In this document: positions 50,400-64,000 of the stretch, in pieces
Layout of the letters: the number at the start of each line of letters is the position of its first letter
Numbering within the stretch: the stretch's first letter is position 1
Assembly: GCA_028023455.1 (NCBI GenBank)
Contig: JAQFVV010000009.1
Coordinates: forward strand, 2,418,001 to 2,482,000
Direction of reading: 5' to 3'
Length of the DNA stretch: 64,000 bases
Origin: Epiperipatus broadwayi
Lineage: Eukaryota > Animalia > Onychophora
Translations under genes and position numbers: made by a program
Notes under the pieces: generated by a model
Seen by the model: only the letters and a program-made list of their open reading frames with translations
What the model was told of the DNA's origin: nothing
Databases searched by the model: none

Positions 50400-52120
50400 A
50401 TGGTACAGACCATCAGACAGCCACTAAATAACAAGATCCCAGACTTAGATGTTATTCTTCCAGAAGTACTAAAAATATACCTCTACGTTTCAAATGAATT
50501 ATTACTATAATTGTTAATTAATATATGAAAGAAAAAAAAAATTGATTCTGAAGTGGCAGAGAGGCTTATTGATTACACTTTCTAAAAAAAAACAAAAAAT
50601 GTATAAAATTGAGTTTGAAAAATTATTGGAATGCATTAAGGAACTTGGTCAACATATAACTTTACAAACAATAATTTGGTTTAATGCCAATACCATTAAT
50701 ATATAGAATAAACTGCATGCCATTGCAGAAACAATCATATATTAATTACCATATGGCATGCTCTTTTGCTAAATTTGAAAAGGCAATTGATAAAATCATA
50801 CTATACAAAAAATGCTTAATATGCCAAAAAATTAATTTGATGAGATATATATGCTAATGTATATTATGTAGATAATCAAAAATAGTATCCAAGTCCTTTA
50901 AACTGAAATCACAAGTAAAACAGAATTATTTGGACTTTTATTATTTATAATGGTTTTGAACTTGACAATATATAGGGTGATGAAAAAATTACGACGGTAA
51001 CCAGTATCTATTTAATAATACCTATCTAAAATACCTGGATTATATAGATGAGCTGCATATGCTGACAGTTTTGAGGACATAATACAGCATATAAATCATT
51101 TAGTTTAATAATATTCAATCAGGTGATCATGGTCTAATAATAGATAAATGTTGAAAATATACGTATTGGCATTTTTAATTTCTTGTAACTTTATTTTATA
51201 AATAAACATTTTAAATTTTGATTTTTGGATATTATTTTTGACTAAAATGAACTTCTGAGCAAAATCGTAGAATAGTTGATATTATTAAAAAAACAAAAAC
51301 AAAACATAACTAATGTACATATTAACAAAAGTTGAGCATTATTGGTTTATTTATAGAAGCATAGTCTTTAAATGTCAAGAAAACAAAAATGATATATCTT
51401 AAAGATACTGCAGTCATGCAAGATAAAATTAGTGATCAGATCATTAAAGGGCTGGGCACGATGTTCTAAAACTAGATGTGATTATCAGTTTATAGATGAT
51501 ATAGAGATTTACAAACTTAAAATTGAAACAAATTTATAAATCTGATCAATGTGAACATAAACTTGGAAATAACACATTAGGTAGCTCATGAGCTGCAAAA
51601 ATTAATCACAGACAACTCTACATATTTTGGATGTATGGTAGGTGAGTAATTTCATCTTAAAAAATGTGAAAAAAATTTATGAAATAAGCTATTCAACTGA
51701 AAATGATACTAATATTACATATATAAAGAGCAATAAATATTATAAAGATGAAAGATTCTAAACTGTCTATACTGATGTAGAAATCTAGAATAATTTAAAG
51801 AACTATCAATGAAAAGATTCACAAAATTTTAAATCACAAAATGGGATTAAATGGTATGGTATGAAAAAAATTTGCTGCAGTCCTATATATCCAGAATCCT
51901 ATTTTTAAGCACAGTGGTGCAATGATAGACTTGAGAGCTAAAGACTCCTGGATTGAAACTCAGACTATAAATTTTGGTGCTTAATCTGACAATTCTTAAG
52001 CAACTAGCCATTCAATTTGTTTATGATTTAGCACTATGATAATGACAAGCTCAAGAGAAAAACGTTTCTGGATCAGATCTCAACCTAAGACTTCTAAGTC
52101 ATAACCTCTCAGACAGCCAT
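50400..52120 (+). mobile_element. Degenerate RTE-like LINE remnant downstream of Shox
   Basis: KIPDLDVILPEVLK, KWQRGLLITLSKKK, FEKAIDKI, AYAD, LNVKKTKMI in RT order with many disruptions. Confidence 0.7.
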
Positions 52121-52244
52121 TAATACCTGCTAATTACTAGTCCCACATTAGATGAGTAAACTTTTTTCTTTTAGAAGATATAAAGCTGCATATATATTTA
52201 ATTTTTTTATAGATTGAAAAGATAATATCAACTATTATGTATAA

Positions 52245-52341
52245 AAACAGATTTATCTAAATAAAAACAATATATTAGTACAAAACTTAAGAGAAACAGA
52301 TTTATCTAAATAAAAACAATATATTAGTACAAAACTTAAGA
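52245..52341. repeat. Two-copy tandem duplication, 49-bp period
   Basis: aaacagatttatctaaataaaaacaatatattagtacaaaacttaaga at 52245 and 52294. Confidence 0.92.
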
Positions 52342-55300
52342 ACTAAAGCATATTTATAATTACTAAATACAGAAAATTGATTCAATAAATTTTAGATTTA
52401 ATTCTTATTGAAATACATTACTGGGTAAGTTACAATTAATACAAATGTTTGAAGAAATTTAAATTATTCACATTTTGTTTGATATTCTATTTTTATAAAT
52501 ATAAAACGAAACCATTTTGCAAATAAAAGTAACAAAAAGTGAAAAGCTGGTGCCCCCCCCCCTTTAATATCAAAACTTATTTGAACATAAAAGAGAATTA
52601 AATTACAATCTTTAAATTTTAAATTAAAGAAAATATTAATACATCTTCATAAATGAATAAAACATTAACAATGTTTTAATGCTTTAAGATTGTATTTAAT
52701 ATTATCAATATTTGGGTGCAAAGTATGTGTGCCCTTCTTATTGAAGTACATACCACAGAAATGAAGAGAATTAAATATTTTGATAAAATCTGATTTCATA
52801 AATATATTTTAAATTAATTAAATTTTATTTGTACTCTGTATTTAATTTCTCACTTGCAAGAGAATCATCAACAAAATACCATAGCCGTTTTTAATAATTA
52901 GTTTATAACATTAGACATATACTTAAACTAACTTAAATGCTAAAAGTTGGTTAAATTTAGTAGTATAACTAACTTCATAAAAAAGTTATTTTCTTTTTTT
53001 TGCAATACTACTGTTGATAAATCATGTATTACTATTTCATATAAATAACACATAAATATATAAACCACGGAAACAGCAATATTTTTGCATTCTATTTTCT
53101 TTTATTCTATTAATTCGAACCAAGCCATGTGTACAGTTATTGAAATACAAATGTGAAAGTTGGTAATATTTTTGACTTTATCATTCAACTATCTTAAAAA
53201 AATGAAAGCAATTTCTTTTAATAAACATATACTTCAAGAATTTTTAGATATCTTTATATTTATTTATTTTTAAATTCTAAAATTAAAGTTACCATTTCCT
53301 ACTATAATTTTTGTTATAAAGGTTGTACATATTTTGCTTGTCTGGAAAGCCTAGTAGTACAAGATTATAAGAAATAAAAGCCATTTATTAGATGTAAGAT
53401 TAAGGTTTAATTTTTCAATAGCATTCCATAATTGATTTTAGAGGAATTTCAATATATATGATTTGACATATTGTCCTCCCCCAATGGCAGCATTTTCTAT
53501 TTCCAAACTATAATACATGGATGTTCAGGTTGTAATTCATTAACTAATTATATTCTTTTATATTTATAAACCATACTAATGATTTGTTTTTCTTAAGGAT
53601 TTAGCTTATGAATTTTCTTTTAAATGTCTAGTTATAACTTCCACAAAATGTCAATAATAATACTAAAAACCGATCTAAAACAAAAAATAAAAATTTCAAA
53701 AACCTCTGGGTGTGTTTAAGAACATACACATTTACACTCATATTTTAAACAAATATTTTTAAAGCATAACTTAATAAAAATTAATATTTTTAAATATTTC
53801 ACTCTCAATTTTGAGCAAAGTTAAACCATAGACTTAGTACCAGTAACTGTATACCATCTCTTAGATCAATGTTTTCTTTCAGATTAACACTCATTTAACA
53901 ACCTAAATTATCCAGAGATATTTAAATTAGGCATGAGCAATCTTTTTATGAGTAATGGGCCTAATGAAAAGTTGCTTATCAAAAATGGTGCCACAGCACT
54001 AAAAGAAAAAAATTACAATCAATAAAATATACCAAAACAAATTATTTTTAAAGAAAATGTATATGTTTTATATAATAAAAAATAGAAAGAAATGACTTGC
54101 AAATTTTAATAAGAAGCTTGGTATTCAATGAGAACAAAACAAACATATTTTAATAGAAAGTGATTTTGCATAATCATGAATTAAGGATGTCAAACAGAAG
54201 AATAAAAGTCATAGATTTTTCCATTCTGTTCTACAAACTCATCAAATAATGGCTAGCTAAGTTCAGCTATACACATGTGCGCGCACACACACACACAAAA
54301 AAAACCCATTTTCAAACTCTAGTCCACTTTTGAACCATATCTTGGACATGGTGAACTAATGCAGTAATTACCATACAACACTGCTCCTCAAAAAATAATA
54401 GTAAGTCATAGACTTAGAGCCTATAGTTGCATGACAACTTTCTCATTCATAATACTATTACAATTGTTTATTTTGTTGTTTTTTTAGTCAGATAGATCAA
54501 ACAATTGACTATATTACTATATTGACACTATCTGATTATAATTTAAAAAATTATAACCCAGATTAAGATCTTTAAATATTTTCAACTTAGAATAATTAAA
54601 TATTCAATTATTAAAAAAATAACCTGAAAAAAATGTTGTAATAAGCTGTTTAATTATTTTATAAGGAACATTAAGCAAAAGATATTTTATGCTAAAAGAT
54701 GAAGAACATCTATCGATGAATTTCCATTAGCTATTTTTTATAGCTTAATTTTAATATCTTAATATATAACTATTACATTGAACAAAAAAATTCTAACACT
54801 GCCTAAGATATAAAACTTTTGAGTTACAAAAACAAAAATGTTTAATATGCATTTGTGATATTATTTTCCACAATCCAATTTGATTGCTAACCTATATTTT
54901 TACAATATGATTTTATATTGGTTTAACACATAAAATAACCTACAAACATTCTGAATGTTAGGATGCCAAATTGAAAGAAAACAGTTGACAGAAAATACGA
55001 GTATATAATTTTTGATCTATCATTTTATGATGCAAGATCCTGACTATTATAACTTTTTGTAACTATATAAAGAGAGGCTTTCGCACAAAATATTGCACCA
55101 TAATTGATATTACAAAAATTGAATTTAAGAATATCATTCTAAATTGTTTTTAATTGCCAAACACACTGATACTAAAATTGCAAGTCCCAAACTATCTTAT
55201 ATATTTTATAAATACAATTTTGCCAGTATCTATCTGTTAAAAAGCACTTAATAGTAGCAATACAAATGGTAGTTGAAGATTTTTATGGATTTATTTCATT

Positions 55301-56819
55301 TACTTTATTCTCTCCCAATTTAAATTTACTTTGATATTGTTTGGGAGTTTGCAGTTACCTAGCTCCCTTCAAAGCAAAATTCTCAACAGCACTCACTCCA
55401 ATGAGAAAACATTAGTAGTCTTACTAAGGGACAAGTTATGAGAATTTGAGTGTTTTCCTATTCTTGTTTTTACCAAAAATAGTTCAATATCCATTTATTG
55501 ACTAACATTAGATGGTTAACTAATTATTTCTTTATTAGCTAATAAAAAAAATTCTAAACCTAACTGGAAGCTGAAAAAATATTAAAGTTTTACCAAACCA
55601 GGATTTGAATATAGATTTAAAAGCATGATAGATGGATGCCTTATCAACTTTTATATATGTATGTTGACAACAATATTTTCATGAGTAATAACTATCAAAT
55701 GTTATTTTCACATGCAAGACCTGGCAATAGTGTTCTCATCGAAAAAGATCAATAGGTGGATGATCCTGATCATTACTATGGCTATACATGATATTAAAAA
55801 TAATTTATCAACATTACAATAATATCCCAGTTGTTTCAAGGCAACACAAAACCCCAATCAAAATTGGGAGTAATAAACTTTCTTCCAGGAATGATCTCTT
55901 GCCCATTCCTACACTTATGAAAATACTGAAAGATCATTTAATATATAAAAAACATTATTTTGCATGATAAGATCTCTCCAGTTTATTCCAATACTTCAGA
56001 TCTATAGATCTTCTTTCTACATGTTTAAAATCTGTTAGGATACAATTAAAGACTTTAATTACCTATTTATTTTATATCTTGTAAAACATATTCAGCACAA
56101 TTTCATTTAAACTCTTATTTCTTTCAATAACCTCTATATTGTTTTTAATAAATTATTTAATTCGTTTTATAAGTGTTAGGAAAGCATACTAATTTTAATT
56201 TTTTCTTACAAGGTATATATTTCCTTTTAATATTTTTATTACTGAATCATAATTTAATTCTATCAATTTCATTCATCATGCTTCTATTTATAATAATTCA
56301 ATGAAGGTATTTGTAATTGCCAATTTCTTTTAATTTATTACTATCTATTTTATTTTTTGAAAATTTACTTAAAATTTTTTATAATTTATTTTTAGTCTTA
56401 TTTTTGCTTTTATTTGATAGCTCTTATATTTCCTAAGATCTTATTTGTAAAATTACCACACTATCTGCAAAATTAAAATAATTTAAATAATCTCCAATGA
56501 TTTTTACTCACTTTGCTTCACATTTCAATTCAGAGAATATTTCACATATATAACTGCTGAAAAAGTTTATAACTCACACATCCACATCCTATTTCTAAAG
56601 TTTATTTTCTTAATATCAAATGTAATCTAACCACTACTGTTGCATTTTGATAAATATTCTTTTGAATATATATCTTGTATCTTGATATCACAAAACTTTA
56701 AATCATAGTAGTTTCATCATTCAATGTAGAATGGTCAATGATGATGAAAATATATTTATAAATATGTGTATAAATAGTGAAATTTAAATTATTCTAACAA
56801 GACTTCTTTATTTTCATAA

Positions 56820-57260
56820 ATTGTGATTATTTTAATATTTACAATAAATATTCTGCAGCAACAGTTTGCTTAAATTAACAATTCTTGTTGAAAGCAAAAC
56901 ATTAACAGCCACATTCAAAATACCTAAATGCATTTTAAAAAATATTCTTTAGAATATATCAGCATTTTATGTAATGATAACACAAAACTTTAATCACAAC
57001 AGAAATATTTATAAGATCAAATTCTTTTCATGATCTACAAATTCAATGAAAAATAATAAATTTATCTGACCTCATTTTTTATTTTTACATATTATTTAAC
57101 TATAATTATTTTAATATTTACAATAAATTTTCTATAGCATAAATTTGCTTAAAAATAGCACCAACAATTTTTAATGAATACAAAACATTCATAAAACTTT
57201 AATCACAGCAGAAATATTTATAATATTGGCTCTTTTTTTATAATCTACAAACACGATGTG
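56820..57260. repeat. Old imperfect direct duplication (~280-bp period)
   Basis: Blocks such as ttttaatatttacaataaat and aaaactttaatcacaRcagaaatatttataa occur twice in the same order. Confidence 0.55.
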
Positions 57261-60199
57261 GAATGCTTATCAAAAAGTATTAGTGCTATCTTTTAAGCAA
57301 ATTTACAATAAATATTTAATATAACAATGAATTTTCCAGCAGCACTAACTGTATGTTACAAATTTCCAAATCAAACAGAAGTGGAAACTAAATTCTTGTC
57401 TGTTGTTAAGGTTTTAAATAAACAATAACTTAGAACAAGGAAAATTACAGAAGTAAAACTAAACAAACTGAGATGTTGTAATTGCTTTTGTCAATCAACT
57501 TAGTATTTTGTGTTTATATGGTTTGATTGATTGCTAATCCTTTTAACAACTTTGAAAGTGTTCTTAGCAGATAATATAAGAAATAAAAATATGCATAACA
57601 CTAGACTGGAATATAAATATTATGACATCTAATGTTGAATTTTCAGCACTACCGGGTGTTAAAAAGCTCCAAATCAAGAGAACATAAATATGATTGTATT
57701 GATATAATGTTTAAATTTTTGTAGATCTGACAAAGATTGCTTGGAACAATCGAAACTGTAATATTAGTCAATAATTTTATTTTAAAGTGTAAAAAGAATG
57801 GAATGTGTTTATTATATGTTAACATAAAGATTACCTTAATAACAGAAGGAATTTGGTTTTCCATTTTCCATCTGCTTGATTTGAAATTTTGCAATGGCTG
57901 CACTACTGGAAAATTCATTATTAGGTATTAGTATCTATATGTATACAGAAATCTGAGAAAAAATTCCCTCTAACCTTTTAAGAAAGTTTGCTAAATGTAA
58001 TCATTTCATAATATAACTCACAAAAAAAACTACAAAATTATTTAAAAATACAGTGATCATTTTCTACCAATGTGAAAGAGTAAAAAATTGTAAATTTTTA
58101 TCAAAAAAATGACATAATTTACTCTTTCTCCCTGACTCTGAAATAATAAAAATGAGTGCCATAAATATTTTAGTGTACTTATTTACACTTCAAATTGTCG
58201 AATTTCAAGCTTAAAAATTGTCCATATTATCTTCTTTATAAAATTTAAAATAAAAATCAATCTTGAAACTGAAATAGGCAATTTAAGTATAAATAATTAT
58301 TTAACATATCAATTCAAGTTTTCATTCCTTATAGGAATATTATCAATTTATTTATACTTTTTTCTAATCATTTTTTAATATCAAAATTATTAATTTAATA
58401 TCATAAGTTAAATATCTTCATGTCATCAAATACTATAGTAAACTTTTTCTCTGTCACTGAAACAATAAATTCTTTTCAGATAGGAGCAACTTAGCAGATA
58501 ATTCAAGCACCATAAATGATATCTTAATTTTTATCTCTTAATAAAATTATTTTTATTAATGCTTCACTAAAAGGAATTTTTTTTAATTTACTAATCTAAA
58601 ACCTAGAAGCAAATTTTTTAAAATTAAAGTTTTTATAAATATAATCTGTAAAAAAAAAAAAAGTTTTTTAAAACATAGACATTTCCTGTACATATGTCAA
58701 TATACAGAAATAGATATGCAGTCTTGGATTCAGTAATTCACTAATTTGAATACCACATTTCTTTCCTGAACAAACTGTGATCAACATAAATCCTCTGCAG
58801 CATAGGTTCAATATATTAAAAATTTTATATACTGAATTGATATGAAATGGAAAGCAAAATAATAAACAGGTAGATGTAGAAATAATCATACAGCACACAT
58901 AAAAATATGCAAAGAATATACATTTTTAAGAAAAAAATAATTTGCAAAAAATAAATAAAAATCAAATCTATAATAATGATTTGATTTAAAGATTCATATA
59001 ACTTCTATATCAATACAATGAATAACATAATTTTTAAAGAAAATAAGATAACTGGCATTAGTATTGACAAGTTTAAACAATTGTGTGAAGATAATTAGAA
59101 GTTTGTATAAACAGAAAATCAAAAGAAAGGTGAAACAAAAAAATGCATGGTATCAAAAAAATTTTAAAACTGATTGCAAGCTAGAATCATACTGTATTAA
59201 TGAAAAAATGCACAAGAAAGTACTTAATAAAGCTAGACTAAATGGGAGAATATACTAGTACAAGTAATTTCTGTTCTATGTTCTGAATTTAGATATACAA
59301 GATGATTGTTTCAAGAAGTGCAATGCTGCAACATTTAGAAAAATTATACTAAAGATACTACATAATCAAATGATTTGTTTCTCAGGAGTTCTTATGAAGT
59401 TTGAGCACCAGAAAGTGATGAGTTACGATTAATGAACAATTTTTAGACTATACCATTGCATTAAGAGTGATATAGATTATTTTTGAAAAGCAAAACTTAC
59501 CTGGCTGCCCTCTAGGAAACTGCAAAGAAGGTATTATTCACTAAACTAGTCAATGCATTACAAACATACTCATTTATTTGCTAATTGGATGACTAATTAC
59601 ATTGGCTATCAGCTAACTCTCTGGCAAGAAACAAAATCTAAATATAATATTTTGAGGTCAAATTTTTAAGATAAATTATAGAACAATTTATCTAAATAAT
59701 CTTTCTATACTAAAGTCATTAAAAACTATAAAGAAAATAAACTATATTACAAAAAGAAAAATCATCAATCATAGGTTTTGGATTATTAATGTTGTATAAA
59801 ATATAACTAAAGTTATATTAGATTATTAAAAAAATAACTAATTCTGTGGCCATTAGCTCCAAAGGCAAATAATATTTTAACACTAAAGTGATGGCAGATT
59901 TTAGAATTCCATTCAATTGACCAAATTGGTATTTTTTTCATCTGACAATCAATCTAGAAATCACTACTTTTTCAATGCACTATTTTTACTTTTATAAAAA
60001 ACTATATTGTTAAAAAAAAAATTGATTATATATATATGTATACACAGCTCTAACTATAACTGCACTAACTGAAGGTAATTGATATTTATTACATAAATAT
60101 CATGAGATAAAATATACAAATTATACAAAATCATGAAACAGGCCTATTTAAATTGCAAAAAATAAAAAAAAAGATTTGATAAAGTGATCTAGCTTCATC

Positions 60200-63100
60200 T
60201 GAATGCTGTAATGCAATGGAAAATATAATATTGATAGAGCTTTTTTTTTTTTAAAGAACTAAAGATATTTAAAATTTATTCCTTAACTAGATTCAATCCA
60301 GTATATAGTTAATGTAAATGGAAAGATGACTATCTAGAGTTAGAATTACAGATGAAGAGACACTTTATTATAAAAGACAAATATTGAAACCAAAAGTGGA
60401 ATGGGATTTATTATAAATAAAAGATGGAAGAACAATATTGTGAGGAATGATAATATATTACAGACTGGCAAGATTAGTTATTCAATATAATGAAAAGTAT
60501 GAATTGCAAATAATTCATATAAATGTATAATACATTGTAGAAGTAATAAAGAAAATAATTAAAATTAATATTGAACAAATTCATATTTTAAAAAAAGTAA
60601 AGATTTAATATAAATGTACAGAATGTATTTAATCAAATTAAACAATATTTTAAAATTGTTATGTATGTGTTTAATTGTAGAATTAAAAAATATTTGAAAG
60701 ATGAAAATGCTGTAGATAAATTTTGTTATGGAGAGAGAAATGAAGACAGATATAAATTTGTGGAACATGTGGGGCAAAACTATATATTATAAATTTCTTT
60801 TTTTTTTAAAAAAAATCTAAAATAGAAATGGAATTGATGTCCAGATAGATATAATAAAATTAGATTCCATTTTGTTGTAATAGAACATGCATATTTCAAG
60901 CCTAATGTATTTAAAAATTCAAACAGAATGCAATATTCAATTAATGAAATATATGTTGTAATGCAAAACTAGAAAAATAAAAATTGTTAGAAAAAACAGT
61001 GTTAATCTTTAAAAAAAAAAACTCCATTGAATTTAAAACAGAACTTGTAATTACAACCTTAAAAAAATAACTAATACTTTATCGATTAAAAACTTCTATT
61101 CAAATAGCTAATACAAAAAAAGAAATGTATTAATAAGTTTTAAATTGAGATAAGGTAATATCTGAAAAGAAATGAACATAAAATATTTTAAACTGATTCA
61201 TTTATAAGAAATGAATATCTAAAATTCTGTGAAACGGTATTTTAAAAAAATCTAATAACAATATAAGAAAATATAATAGTATTAAAAAAAGCCATAAAAG
61301 AGAACAAAAGTCTCAAACATTTAAAATATTTGGGTCTTTTGGCAATAAAAACACACAATACAGCTATTACTAAAAAAAAAAAAAAAAAAAGATAACATCA
61401 TGAAATAAGTAGAAAATGTTCGACAAAAATTATATAGTAATGAAGAACAATTATGATAACAATTGAAATTTCAATTATTTTAATTAAAAATATGAGAGAT
61501 AGAATTAAATATATACAGATTTTGGAAAAGCTTCAGGAAATAATGAAATTATTATAGATATTTTTTTAAAAAATAGATAAAGAAATTATTATTAAAACAA
61601 TCTACCAAATATCAAAATGTTAAAGTTATACAAAATAATTAGAAGAATGTAGTAATGATATTGATATAGAAGAAAGATGAAAAAATATTAGAAATTATGC
61701 ATCTATCAGTGATCAGTCAGTTCTATGTGAAAATCATTACAATTTCTACAAAAACTTTGGATTGAAATCAACCAAAAGAATAAGTTGCATTTAAAAATAA
61801 TATATAATATTTTATAATAAATGCTTTTATTTACTGTGGATTAAAAAGTCAAAAAATAATTGTTTCTTCAGCCACAATTGGGATCTTTATATGTAACTTG
61901 AAAAAAAAAGCACAAGATATCCAGAAATTAAATAAATCAATTTCCTGTAAAAGTTATTTAATTTCTGGACACTCCATGTTTTATTTCAAGTTAAATATAA
62001 AAATCCTAATTGTGGTTAATGAAACAATTATTTTTTGGTTTTTTAGTCCTTAGAAAATAACAGCATTTATTATTAAAAAAACATTTATATATATATACAT
62101 ACATTATTTTTCATTTTTTACTACTTTGTTATTTTTTGTAATTATTCCAATTCAAAATTTAAAAGATTAACACTATGTCACACACTCTTTAATTCTTGAA
62201 AAGAAAATCACTTGAATTAAAGATCATTTACAATTTTATTTTATTTATGAAGAAAGTACTTTAATTTTTTTTAAAAATTAGCTTTCACATCAAAAAAAGA
62301 AAATTTCATACATTTATTTAAAAAAACTTTTACAATAGAGAGAAATCAAGATTTGTTTTTATTTTTATTTTAAATGATCACTAAAACATTTTTTAGTCTA
62401 AGCTTTTTTAAAAAATTTAATATATATATTGCCGTCTTATGCCCATCATCAAAAACTTATGAATTGATATTAATGTATTTGAAATTCAGTCCGCCAACTC
62501 CTACACTAAAGAAACCAGGACATCAACCTGAAATATTTCTGGGTCATATTGCATTGTGATTGATTTATTAAAATTTGAAAAAAATGTATTTGATTTAAGT
62601 ATATTAACTTTTCATTTCAAGATTTTTCCTAAGCAAACAGAGTTTCTTACATAAATTAGTGTTTAATGATTATAGTACTATAAATTAAGAATTAAGAGAA
62701 GTTATTAAAAAAAAAAAACAGTAAGAGGTCATTTTGCATTAGATTTGTAGATTATGAACAAAACCTTACTGCAGTGATTACATCAAGTTTAGATTCAGGA
62801 TATTGTCAAATTCTAAAGCTTATCGCAAAATCAACTGAATTGCATAGTAACTAAAAAAATTAACCATATTTAAAAAATACATTAAAAAAAATATTAATAA
62901 TGTTCAACAGCTTTTTGAAAAAAGAAAAAAAGAAAATATTAATAGTAACGAATTAAAAGAAGTTAACAACTAAGTATTTTGTTCAGATTATTCATAAAAA
63001 TGGAAACATAATGTGACATTAAACATACAATTCAACTCTATATTAAAAGTTTTTCTATCTATGTGCTTGAAAAGGAATATTTTTAATAAAAAAATTTTTT

Positions 63101-63350
63101 TATCATTATTTATTTATAGATGTAAGACTTAGATAGACACTTAATAGTAAAACAAGATAGAGATTTCAGGTTATACTGTGAATTGTGAAAAGGTGTATGT
63201 TGGTATTAACAAGAAAACATGGAAAATAATCTATGAATGATAATATACTGATTAAACTTGAAGAATTGAAAATTCACATCCTTAGAAAATGATCTTATCA
63301 TGTAAAGGTCTTTGAATTCAGCTCATGGATGTAATCAATTATTTAAAAAA
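60200..63350 (+). mobile_element. Highly degenerate RTE-like LINE (endonuclease to RT)
   Basis: DFIINKRWKNNI, VDKFCYGERNEDRYKFVEH (cf. VGKFG.G.RNERG.RLVEF), KWN*CPD, NLKKKAQDIQK, RFVDYEQ in the expected order; boundaries approximate. Confidence 0.5.
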
Positions 63351-64000
63351 AAAAAATCTGTAAATATTTACCTTTTAGAAATTGATTGTTAATATACTTC
63401 ATACATAAAATATCCTTTATATATTTATTATCATGATCCTAACAATATCATAATATCACTGTAATATATCAGAGATAAATAGTATCTGGATTGTTAGTAT
63501 CAGATCAAGAGTTAAAGATAACATTCAAAATTAATCCATATATTGTAACACAAAGCTTCATACATACATATTGTATATACACAAACAACATATAAACAGC
63601 ATCGATCAAAAGTGCTTTACTATATGAATTAAAACCTATAAAATAGAAAAATAAAATTTTAAGGTTGTAAATGTGGTAAAGAAGATGTATAAGAGTATCA
63701 TGAAAAAATGGAATTAGAAACAAAGACATTATAAATAAATGGAAATATTAAAACTAATTATAAATAATAAAAAACAATCACATAAAATCATGTACAAAAA
63801 AAAAAAATAGACAGAAACAAACAACTAAAACAGATAATACAGAGGATAGTAATAGTAATCATAAAGATTTAAAAAGGGGGTGTAAGAAATAAAAATAATT
63901 ATAAACTCAGAAAGCCTTTAATAAAGTTAATAAAATTTGGAACCAAGTGTTGAAAGTTTCTCTAAACTAAATATATTCAAAGATTGGTACAAAAATCATC

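Noticed and set aside
59495-59505. ACTTACCTGGC, identical to the U1 snRNA 5' end
   Set aside because: No U1 sequence follows; it is simply the reverse complement of a consensus donor site.

Overview
Eukaryotic, very AT-rich, CpG-depleted genomic DNA, probably an invertebrate bilaterian (taxon not determinable from the sequence). The window holds the 3' three coding exons of a Shox (short-stature homeobox; paired-like Q50 homeodomain plus C-terminal OAR motif) gene on the + strand: 3302-3498, 14658-14715 and 49334-49620, separated by 11.2-kb and 34.6-kb introns. The first coding exon(s) were not found and probably lie upstream of the window. Introns and flanks are largely decayed transposons: APE-type LINEs, a Penelope-like element, hAT/Buster, hAT/Tip100-like, mariner and piggyBac-like relics, MITEs and a (GATA)n microsatellite. 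Most unusual: (1) several minimal type I hammerhead-ribozyme motifs, the best at 9981-10075 (- strand), at the tip of a long hairpin inside an inverted-repeat element whose sister copy lacks the ribozyme; (2) two related ~3-kb non-coding TG...CA elements with 4-bp target-site duplications that look like giant solo LTRs; (3) a CpG-retaining non-coding island just before the 58-bp homeobox exon. All alignments and translations were done by eye; no database search was run, so novelty cannot be asserted.
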